From the IMG/VR virus record IMGVR_UViG_3300020438_000019, positions 1 through 64,000 of that record: DNA of 64,000 nt; one strand, written 5' to 3'. The position numbers and the translations under genes are program-made. The notes below the pieces were generated by a model. The model had not been told where the DNA came from, ran no database searches, and worked only from the letters and a program-made list of their open reading frames with translations. Positions 49,035-57,031 of the stretch are shown in pieces. Source of the stretch: a virus (Duplodnaviria > Caudoviricetes). Position 1 is the stretch's first letter, and each line of letters opens with the position of its first letter.

Positions 49035-49871
49035 ATGGCTGCTCCTAGCACGAAGGCTGAGTTTAAAGATTACTGTCTGAGACAGTTAGGTGCTCCAGTC
49101 TTAGAAATTAATTTAGATGATGATCAGATTGATGATCGGATAGATGATGCTCTCCAATATTTCCACGAGAGGCATTATGATGGATCTGAGAGGATGTATC
49201 TTAAGCATAAGTTTACAGAAGCAGACGTAACTAGATTCAACGAGGAGAACGAAGTTCAGTCTACTACTGATCCAGACGGAGCAGGTTGGGAAAATAGAAA
49301 GAATTTTTTAGAGATACCAGAACATATATTTGGTGTCTCTAAAGTTTATGGTATCAGTTCAAGCTTTGTTCGTAATAGTTTGTTTGGACTAAACAACCAG
49401 TATTATTTGATGGACTTGTTTTCCTATACTTCAGGAACAGGTCTTGCTTTTGGTGGTGTTGATATGGTCAACTACTACATGGTTAAGCAACACTTTGAGA
49501 CCATTGATATGATTATCAATACAGGATCTTTAGTAAGTTATAGATTTAATACTAGAGCAGATAGACTGTACATTGATATTGATCCAGATAGAATAGTTAA
49601 GGATCAAATGCTGATTATAGATTGTGAGAGGGCATTAGATCCAGCAACATATACACAGGTCTGGGATGACTTCTTCCTTAAGAAGTATGCTACTGCATTG
49701 CTCAAGAGACAATGGGGACAGAACTTAATTAAGTTTAATGGTGTCCAACTTCCTGGTGGAGTTTCCATCAATGGAATGCAAATCTACAAGGAAGGACAGC
49801 AAGAAATAGATGAGCTTATGGAGAAGTCCCTCAGCACATTTGAGTTACCACCTCTGGATATGATAGGATGA
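49035..49871 (+). CDS. gp13: neck protein gp13
   Basis: YCLRQLGAPVLEIN, HYDG, KRQWGQNLIKFNGVQLPGG. Confidence 0.95.
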   Translation: MAAPSTKAEFKDYCLRQLGAPVLEINLDDDQIDDRIDDALQYFHERHYDGSERMYLKHKFTEADVTRFNEENEVQSTTDPDGAGWENRKNFLEIPEHIFGVSKVYGISSSFVRNSLFGLNNQYYLMDLFSYTSGTGLAFGGVDMVNYYMVKQHFETIDMIINTGSLVSYRFNTRADRLYIDIDPDRIVKDQMLIIDCERALDPATYTQVWDDFFLKKYATALLKRQWGQNLIKFNGVQLPGGVSINGMQIYKEGQQEIDELMEKSLSTFELPPLDMIG

Positions 49872-51280
49872 AGAAGGTATACTTTCCTCAACACGGTGGT
49901 GTTACCACTGAACAGAATCTTGTACAGGACTTGGTTGATGAACAAATCAAGTTGTTTGGTACTGATGTGTTTTATATTCCTAGGAAGATGCTTAGGGATA
50001 AGACTCTCGGTGAGGTAGTACATTCCGAATACAACCAAGCATATATGATAGAGATGCTCTTGGTTAATGTAGAAGGATTTGGTTCTCCATCTGAATTTAT
50101 CAGTCAGTTTGGTGTAAGGATTACTGATGAGATTAAGTTCATTCTCTCCAAGAGAAGATGGGAACAGTCTGTAGTACCTTCTGTAGGTCTTACTATTACT
50201 GATAGACCTAATGAAGGAGACTTAATATACTACCCATTAACAGAGAACGCATACGAGATTAAGTTTGTTGAGAGAGAAACTCCTTTCTATCAGTTAGGAA
50301 AACTCTATTACTATGAGATCACTGCTGAGATCTACGAGCAGGGTTCTGATGAGTTTGATACTGGTATTGCAGAGATTGATGAGATAGAGTTAGAGAACAC
50401 ATTTGTTACTACACTATCCCTAAGTGCACCACGTACTACTGCTACTATGACTAGTTCTATTGTAGGTGGTGTGTTGGATAACATATCCATCACTGCTGGT
50501 GGTAGTGGATATAAGACTGCACCTGTAATTACAGTATCAGATCCACCTGATGTTGCTGGAGGAGATGTACCTGCTACTGCTACATGTACAGTATTGAATG
50601 GTGCTGTTAATGCTTTTACTATTACTCAACCTGGTAGTGGATATACTACTGCACCTACAATAACTGTTGCAGCACCTGAACTATCTGTTGATTTCCAAGC
50701 AAGAGAATATATTGTTGCTGGTAACTTCCAGAATCAAGGTGGTGATAGAATCTGGGCAGCACAAGGAGATGGTCAGATATTTGTAGAACATGCTTCTAAT
50801 TTTGATCCAAACTTTGCTACAACAACTTTAGTTAAATACTTCTTCTGGAAGTTTGAAGATCTTAGGTTGAAGTATCGTTACACATATACTGGTGAGACTC
50901 CATCAACAACTAAGGGTGAGTTCTATTACGATTCTGCTAACAGCAGATATGTTATTAACGCATATGAGACTACAACTACTAGTGGTCAGAGAGCTCAGTT
51001 GTTTGATCTTGCTACCAATACTATAGGTGAGGTTTCTGGTTGGAATGGAGGAACCTTAGAGCTTGCTATGATGAATAAGTCTGGTGACTTCCTAGATGGT
51101 GACTTGATTAGAGGGGTAGATTCTAATGCCCTATATACATTAGGATCCTTTAGTACGATTGATAATACTAATTCTGAGTATGATCAGAATAAAGCAATTG
51201 AAACAGGTGCTGATGAATTAATTGATTGGGGTGAAGACAACCCCTTTGGTGAGTTTGGTAATTTTACAGGTAGCTTCTGA
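49868..51280 (+). CDS. gp14: neck protein gp14 with internal insertion
   Basis: EQNLVQDLVDEQIK, RPNEGDLIYYP, FYQLGK, NPFGE. Confidence 0.93.
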   Translation: MKKVYFPQHGGVTTEQNLVQDLVDEQIKLFGTDVFYIPRKMLRDKTLGEVVHSEYNQAYMIEMLLVNVEGFGSPSEFISQFGVRITDEIKFILSKRRWEQSVVPSVGLTITDRPNEGDLIYYPLTENAYEIKFVERETPFYQLGKLYYYEITAEIYEQGSDEFDTGIAEIDEIELENTFVTTLSLSAPRTTATMTSSIVGGVLDNISITAGGSGYKTAPVITVSDPPDVAGGDVPATATCTVLNGAVNAFTITQPGSGYTTAPTITVAAPELSVDFQAREYIVAGNFQNQGGDRIWAAQGDGQIFVEHASNFDPNFATTTLVKYFFWKFEDLRLKYRYTYTGETPSTTKGEFYYDSANSRYVINAYETTTTSGQRAQLFDLATNTIGEVSGWNGGTLELAMMNKSGDFLDGDLIRGVDSNALYTLGSFSTIDNTNSEYDQNKAIETGADELIDWGEDNPFGEFGNFTGSF

Positions 51281-52080
51281 TGTTAGGAACACATTTTTAT
51301 AACGAAACAATTCGTAGAACCGTTGTAGGGTTCGGTACTCTTTTTAATAATATAGAAATTAAAAAGAAAGACCCACTCAACAATGAGGTGATAGAAACTG
51401 AGAAAGTAGCATTAGGTTATGGTCCTAAGAATAAGTTTCTTTATCGTTTATTTGAAAACCCTAAGACCCAAAAGGTTGCTATTACTATGCCTCGAATGTA
51501 TTTCGAGATGACTGGTATTGATTACGATTCAGCAAGAAAGACTAGTCCAGTAAGAAAATATAAAAATGTTGTACAGGGTGATGGTAAAGAGGTAAGGGTA
51601 CAGTATGTACCAGTACCATACACTCTAGGATTTGAACTTGGAATACTGTCTAAGGATCAAGATACAGGACTACAAATACTTGAACAGATATTACCATACT
51701 TCCAACCAGCTTTTAATATCACTCTGAACATGGTTCCTGATATGAGTGAGAAGAAAGACGTTGCTATCACTCTCAACTCAATTAATATGGAAGATGAGTG
51801 GGATGATAGTTTCTTAGAACGTAGGTTGGTAGTATATACATTACAATTTACTGCTAAGACATTCCTATATGGTCCTTACAACAAGGCAGATATTATTCGT
51901 AAGGCAACTGTATATGAGTCTATTGGTGATAATGCAGTTGGTAGACGTGCTGTTAAGATGGAATACACACCTAAAGCTAAGACAGATAAGAACCTAGATG
52001 GACAGGTTGATGCTAATGATGATATACTAGTAACACCTGATGATGATTTTGGATTTAATAGTGGGTTTGAAATATTATGA
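51280..52080 (+). CDS. gp15: tail sheath stabilizer/completion protein gp15
   Basis: FGTLFNNI, QILEQILPYFQP. Confidence 0.95.
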   Translation: MLGTHFYNETIRRTVVGFGTLFNNIEIKKKDPLNNEVIETEKVALGYGPKNKFLYRLFENPKTQKVAITMPRMYFEMTGIDYDSARKTSPVRKYKNVVQGDGKEVRVQYVPVPYTLGFELGILSKDQDTGLQILEQILPYFQPAFNITLNMVPDMSEKKDVAITLNSINMEDEWDDSFLERRLVVYTLQFTAKTFLYGPYNKADIIRKATVYESIGDNAVGRRAVKMEYTPKAKTDKNLDGQVDANDDILVTPDDDFGFNSGFEIL

Positions 52081-52499
52081 GCGATCAAATATTTGAAAAG
52101 AACATGGAAGAGATCTTTGATGTTGATGTATCCAACACACCCGAAGGTGGTTGTGCTAAACGTAAGGATCAAATCAGAGATGTCTCAGAGGACAGAGATA
52201 AAGACTATGAATATACCAGAGGGGAATTGTATAGTCTTATAGATCAAGGTCAGGAGGCGGTCAGAGGGGCGTTAGAGGTCGCACAGGAGTCAGGGCATCC
52301 AAGAGCATATGAAGTTGCTACAAACGCTATGAAGCAGGTAGCAGACATGACTGATAAACTCATGGATCTACAGAAGAAAGTTAAGGATCTAGATGAGGAT
52401 AAGAAAGGTCCAAGTAAGGTTACAAACAATGCTATGTTTGTAGGTTCCACAGCAGAGCTTCAGAAGATGTTAAAACAAATGAATGGTGGTAAACGATAA
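52077..52499 (+). CDS. gp16: terminase small subunit gp16
   Basis: DYEYTRG, HPRAYEV, NNAMFVGSTAELQKML. Confidence 0.95.
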   Translation: MSDQIFEKNMEEIFDVDVSNTPEGGCAKRKDQIRDVSEDRDKDYEYTRGELYSLIDQGQEAVRGALEVAQESGHPRAYEVATNAMKQVADMTDKLMDLQKKVKDLDEDKKGPSKVTNNAMFVGSTAELQKMLKQMNGGKR

Positions 52500-52514
52500 C
52501 AAATATATTATATT

Positions 52515-53213
52515 ATGAATCAATTGGAAGCATTAAATCCTTGGCCGACAATCTTTAAGAAAAAATACGACTTTGATTTTGAGAATAAGTTAAAGACTAA
52601 GGTCGTAGATTCTCTTAAAGCAGCAGATGGGTTTATAAAATCAATGGATATACCGACACCAGAAAAATCTGGTGGTGTTACTTCTGTTGTTTTGTCTCAG
52701 AATCCACAACATCCTCAGCCTCATGAATGGCCAGAGTTTGTTCAGTTTGAACAATTCGTTATGCGATCTACAGTTGAGGTACTACGCAAATGGCATTGTG
52801 ATCCTGGTGTTGAAAGAGCAGTCATGAAATCATGGATTAATGTCCACCCTCAAGGAGCTTATACCGAAGAACATAATCATCAGGGAGTTCTTATGGCTGT
52901 TGCTGCTTATTTACATGTTCCAAAGAACGGTGGAAATCTTTTAGTAAAGAATCCATTAACTTCTTATAAGTTTGGAGAACCAATACATCGTCAATATTTT
53001 AGTGAGTCTGAAGGAAGAGATGGATTGGAATGGACACAAATACCTGTTGAGACAGGAGATGTGTTATTCTTTCCAGGATGGTTAACCCATAAGACACAGA
53101 AAAATCTGGCCAAAGAAAATAGATTTGTTATGTCTTGGAATGTATCGTATGCAACTGATGCTCAAATGGAAGTAGCCTATAGGAATAAATATTCAAGGAG
53201 ACCTAATGGTTAA
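52515..53213 (+). CDS. putative 2OG-Fe(II) oxygenase (TIGR02466-like)
   Basis: SWINVH...EHNH, GDVLFFPGWLTH, RFVMSWN. Confidence 0.85.
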   Translation: MNQLEALNPWPTIFKKKYDFDFENKLKTKVVDSLKAADGFIKSMDIPTPEKSGGVTSVVLSQNPQHPQPHEWPEFVQFEQFVMRSTVEVLRKWHCDPGVERAVMKSWINVHPQGAYTEEHNHQGVLMAVAAYLHVPKNGGNLLVKNPLTSYKFGEPIHRQYFSESEGRDGLEWTQIPVETGDVLFFPGWLTHKTQKNLAKENRFVMSWNVSYATDAQMEVAYRNKYSRRPNG

Positions 53214-53263
53214 CGATTCAACACGTACCCCTGCACCTTACCAGAGGTATGATATAACTAATA

Positions 53264-53449
53264 ATGCAGTCAAGGACTATCATGCAGTTTAACGAACGAG
53301 AGATGAACCGTATTTTACTAGCGGTTGAACACTACAGAAATTGTGTTCAATCTAAACCAGATGAGTACGATAAAATCATCGATAAGCTACATTCCTACGA
53401 AAAGGAATATGAATGTCCAGATTGTGTCCTATGTACAATTCACCAATGA
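53264..53449 (+). CDS. hypothetical protein with Cys-rich C-terminus
   Basis: 61 aa, ECPDCVLC; ATGA-coupled to next gene. Confidence 0.65.
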   Translation: MQSRTIMQFNEREMNRILLAVEHYRNCVQSKPDEYDKIIDKLHSYEKEYECPDCVLCTIHQ

Positions 53450-53607
53450 AACATTACACCGTTGGTTACCATGACTATGAGTTACACACTCATGAAATCT
53501 GCGAGTATGCAGATGATTCTTATGAAGCAGGTAAAGATGCTATAGAAGATGTTCCTTATCTTCATGACCATCCAAACGCAATAGATTATATTTTACTAGA
53601 TGCCTGA
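53446..53607 (+). CDS. small picocyanobacterial-type hypothetical protein
   Basis: MKHYTVGYHD...HEICEYADDSYEA...EDVPYL; ATG 53446 overlaps the previous stop. Confidence 0.7.
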   Translation: MKHYTVGYHDYELHTHEICEYADDSYEAGKDAIEDVPYLHDHPNAIDYILLDA

Positions 53608-53812
53608 GCAACAAAAACTTAAATTTTCTATCAGACAAGACGGTACTGTAACTGAAGAAGTTATCGGTACTGTCCGTTCTGAATGTATTTCATTGACAGA
53701 ACAGATTGAGGAAAAGCTTGGAGTCTTACAGACTCGCCAATTTAAACCCGAATTTTATTCTAACAATGTCGCACTTCAGCACAATCAAAACAAAATTGAA
53801 GAACAAACCTGA
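53600..53812 (+). CDS. DUF2997 family protein
   Basis: KFSIRQDGTVTEEVIG...C..LTEQIEEKLG...PEFY. Confidence 0.85.
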   Translation: MPEQQKLKFSIRQDGTVTEEVIGTVRSECISLTEQIEEKLGVLQTRQFKPEFYSNNVALQHNQNKIEEQT

Positions 53813-54149
53813 ACTCATAGAAGCACTTCTGCTTCTTCAGTATGATGTACAGGAAGATCAAGAGTTAATAAATCCATTAGACCATCAACATGAAAAGGTA
53901 AAGGTTGATGTTGCTATAGGGAATGATATTGGATTTCGTAGAAATTCAGAAGGTGTATATGAGTTGGTGGCTGATATACAAACTTGGAAGGATCCAGTTC
54001 CACCAAAGAGATTTGTAGATAAGGTTACTCAGCAATATGCTAGAATGACTGTACATAATACAGTTAAGGATATGGGATTTCAAGTAGAAGAAGAATGGGA
54101 GATGGATGATGGATCAATAGAATTAGTTGTTAATAGATGGGTGGGGTAA
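53766..54149 (+). CDS. ycf35: DUF1257 / Ycf35 family protein
   Basis: MSHFSTIKT, DIGFRRN..GVYELVAD, VTQQYA, DGSIELVV. Confidence 0.88.
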   Translation: MSHFSTIKTKLKNKPELIEALLLLQYDVQEDQELINPLDHQHEKVKVDVAIGNDIGFRRNSEGVYELVADIQTWKDPVPPKRFVDKVTQQYARMTVHNTVKDMGFQVEEEWEMDDGSIELVVNRWVG

Positions 54150-54156
54150 TCCACTT

Positions 54157-54342
54157 ATGTCCGAGGTCGTATGGTCAATAAATATTATGATAGGTATCCT
54201 ACTGCTTGCGGTGGGATATGTTATTTACTGGGTCTTTAAGTACGATGATTGGAATCCTAACCCCGTTGTTCATAGTGACATCGCCGTTCAATCCGAACAC
54301 AATGATTCAGGAGATGAGGAATCATCAGTCGGAACTGAATAG
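54157..54342 (+). CDS. small single-pass membrane protein
   Basis: VVWSINIMIGILLLAVGYVIYWVFKYD hydrophobic helix. Confidence 0.7.
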   Translation: MSEVVWSINIMIGILLLAVGYVIYWVFKYDDWNPNPVVHSDIAVQSEHNDSGDEESSVGTE

Positions 54343-54389
54343 AACTCCTATACAGGAGATGCTAAATAATACACTTGAAGAATTTGAAT

Positions 54390-54845
54390 ATGGGGAAACT
54401 GACACCACCAAGCAGGAAGAGCTGCTACAACTTCCGAGTGATAAAGATCAACCGAGTATTAGACGGAGACACGATAGATGTCACGATAGATCTTGGTTTC
54501 GATTTATTCAAAAAAGAACGGGTAAGGATTGCAGGGGTTGACACACCTGAGAAAAGAACACGCAATCTAGAGGAGAAAGCACTTGGAATCGATGCAACAG
54601 AATGGCTCAAAGGGCAACTCACAGATACTATTAAGGGTGATGACGAACTGGTTATTAGGACTGAGCTTGTTGGTGGGGTCGGTAAGTATGGTCGCCTTTT
54701 GGGCTGGTTATACATTGGGGAGTCAAACATCTCAATCAACGAGCAAATGATTACCGAAGGGTATGCTTGGGAGTATGATGGTGGTAAGAAACAAAAAGAC
54801 TTTGAAGAATTGAGAGAGATAAGGAGAGAACATGGAACTCTCTGA
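54390..54845 (+). CDS. thermonuclease (SNase-like) family nuclease
   Basis: VLDGDTIDV, VRIAGVDTPE, GKYGRLLG, INEQMITEGYA; CTAAATA at 54362. Confidence 0.92.
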   Translation: MGKLTPPSRKSCYNFRVIKINRVLDGDTIDVTIDLGFDLFKKERVRIAGVDTPEKRTRNLEEKALGIDATEWLKGQLTDTIKGDDELVIRTELVGGVGKYGRLLGWLYIGESNISINEQMITEGYAWEYDGGKKQKDFEELREIRREHGTL

Positions 54846-55062
54846 AGAAAACGTACTCATAGTATTAGAGGAAATCATTCCTTATATTGAAGCTGATGGT
54901 GGATACCTTCAACTATATGATATAGAGGATGGATATGTTAAAGTAAAGTTAGGTGGTGCATGTGAGACATGTGCTATGAGTACTATGACTTTGAAGCAAG
55001 GTATCGAACGTAAGCTGATGGAAGAGATTCCAGATGTTAAAGGAGTTGTGCAGGTATTATAA
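54832..55062 (+). CDS. nifU: NifU/NfuA-type Fe-S scaffold domain protein
   Basis: PYIEADGG...VKLGGACETCAMSTMTLKQGIERKL (CxxC). Confidence 0.93.
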   Translation: MELSEENVLIVLEEIIPYIEADGGYLQLYDIEDGYVKVKLGGACETCAMSTMTLKQGIERKLMEEIPDVKGVVQVL

Positions 55063-56714
55063 TGGCTCAACAAACTGAAGTATATCTTGGTAACCCCAAC
55101 CTGAAGAAGGCAGGTACTGAGATACAATTTACAAAAGAGCAAGTAGAGGAATGGATCAAGTGTAAACAAGATCCACTCTATTTTGCATGTACTTACATGC
55201 AGATCATTAACTTGGATGAAGGTCTCGTACCTTTTGAAATGTATGATTTTCAAAAGAAGATCTTAATGGATTTCCATGAGAACAGATTCAACATTGCAAA
55301 ACTCCCTCGGCAGACAGGTAAGAGTACGACTGTCGTGGCTTACCTTCTACACTACGCTATTTTCAATGATAGTGTTAATATCGGTATCCTCGCTAACAAA
55401 GCAAGTACTGCTAGGGAACTCCTTGGAAGACTCCAACTAGCATATGAGAACTTGCCTAAATGGATACAACATGGAATACTAGTATGGAACAAAGGTAATG
55501 TCGAACTCGAAAATGGATCAAAGATACTGGCTGCTTCTACGTCTGCAAGTGCTGTCCGAGGCATGTCGTTCAATATCCTCTTCCTCGATGAGTTCGCTTT
55601 CGTTCCGAACCATGTTGCAGAACAATTCTTTGCATCTGTTTATCCTACTATTACTTCTGGTAAGTCAACGAAAGTCATAATCATATCTACACCTAATGGT
55701 ATGAACCACTTCTATAAGACGTGGGAGGATGCTAGGAATGGTAAAAATGGTTATACTACCAACGAAGTTCATTGGTCTCAAGTACCAGGCAGAGATGCTA
55801 AGTGGAAAGAAGAGACATTACGAAACACATCTAAGAGACAGTTCGCACAAGAGTTTGAGTGTGACTTCCTTGGATCTGCTGATACATTAATATCACCAGC
55901 AAAATTACAATCTATCCCATTTGAAGAACCTATAGTAAGCAATGCAGGACTTGACATATACGAACGAGTGCAAGAAGATCATGAATACATTATTACTGTG
56001 GACGTTGCCAGAGGAATTGGTGGCGACTATAGTGCTTTCATCGTGTTTGATATCACCACTCTCCCGTATCAAATTGTTGCCAAATACCGTGATAATGAGA
56101 TTAAGCCTGTCTTGTTTCCTTCGGTCATCTTCTCAGTAGCAAAGAATTATAATCTCCCATACATCCTAGTAGAGATAAACGACATTGGTGATAGTATAGC
56201 AGCAACATTAAACTATGACCTTGAGTATCCTAACGTACTCATGTGTGCTATGAGAGGTAGAGCAGGTCAGATAGTAGGTCAGGGGTTCTCAGGTAACAAG
56301 ACACAGTTAGGTGTTAAGATGAGCATCACTGTAAAGAAACTAGGGTGTGCTAACCTCAAAGCAATACTAGAAGAAGATAAATTAGTCTTTAAAGATTTTC
56401 ATATACTACAAGAGCTTACAACTTTCATTCAAAGAAAGCAAGCTTGGGAAGCTGATGAAGGATATCATGATGACTTAGTAATGTGTATGGTACTCTTCTC
56501 TTGGTTAGTCATGCAAGACTATTTCAAGGAGATGACTGATCAAGATGTTCGTAGAAGAATATATGAGGAACAACGTAATCAGATAGAACAGGACATGGCT
56601 CCATTTGGATTTATTGATGATGGACTAGGTGATGATTCATTTGTAGAGGATGGATCTATTTGGGAATATGGTACGACACAAGAAGATGTAACTTACATGC
56701 TTCCTGATAGGTAA
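55062..56714 (+). CDS. gp17: terminase large subunit gp17
   Basis: YLGNPNLK, RQTGKST Walker A, LDEFAF Walker B, STPNG, HDDLVM. Confidence 0.97.
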   Translation: MAQQTEVYLGNPNLKKAGTEIQFTKEQVEEWIKCKQDPLYFACTYMQIINLDEGLVPFEMYDFQKKILMDFHENRFNIAKLPRQTGKSTTVVAYLLHYAIFNDSVNIGILANKASTARELLGRLQLAYENLPKWIQHGILVWNKGNVELENGSKILAASTSASAVRGMSFNILFLDEFAFVPNHVAEQFFASVYPTITSGKSTKVIIISTPNGMNHFYKTWEDARNGKNGYTTNEVHWSQVPGRDAKWKEETLRNTSKRQFAQEFECDFLGSADTLISPAKLQSIPFEEPIVSNAGLDIYERVQEDHEYIITVDVARGIGGDYSAFIVFDITTLPYQIVAKYRDNEIKPVLFPSVIFSVAKNYNLPYILVEINDIGDSIAATLNYDLEYPNVLMCAMRGRAGQIVGQGFSGNKTQLGVKMSITVKKLGCANLKAILEEDKLVFKDFHILQELTTFIQRKQAWEADEGYHDDLVMCMVLFSWLVMQDYFKEMTDQDVRRRIYEEQRNQIEQDMAPFGFIDDGLGDDSFVEDGSIWEYGTTQEDVTYMLPDR

Positions 56715-56944
56715 TGGATTTAGAACAGCAGTTTGATTTAGAACATTTGCTGTTTAAGCAAAGGAAATGTAGATCTTGTGGAAGGACAAAAGATCTATTG
56801 GATGATTTTTATTTGATTAGAAAGAATAGAAGTAGGTTGGCTTCCTCATATTCATATGAATGTAAGGTGTGTACAGTCGAAAGAGTAGTGAAAACCAGAA
56901 AGAATAAGAACCCACATAAGGATTGGATGTATCCAGACTGGTAG
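56714..56944 (+). CDS. small zinc-finger hypothetical protein
   Basis: CRSC...YSYECKVC. Confidence 0.8.
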   Translation: MDLEQQFDLEHLLFKQRKCRSCGRTKDLLDDFYLIRKNRSRLASSYSYECKVCTVERVVKTRKNKNPHKDWMYPDW

Positions 56945-56981
56945 TTCATGCATTGCTTCCCCATTGAAGAGTTGCTATTTT

Positions 56982-56988
56982 CTAAATA
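56982..56988 (+). promoter_or_regulatory. late promoter variant
   Basis: CTAAATA upstream of gp18. Confidence 0.65.
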
Positions 56989-57031
56989 ACTATAGACAAT
57001 TTTAGCGATCATTTATCGGGAGTAACTAAAC

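Noticed and set aside
56714-56944. Homing endonuclease between gp17 and gp18
   Set aside because: Only 76 aa with two CxxC pairs; no HNH or GIY-YIG catalytic motif visible
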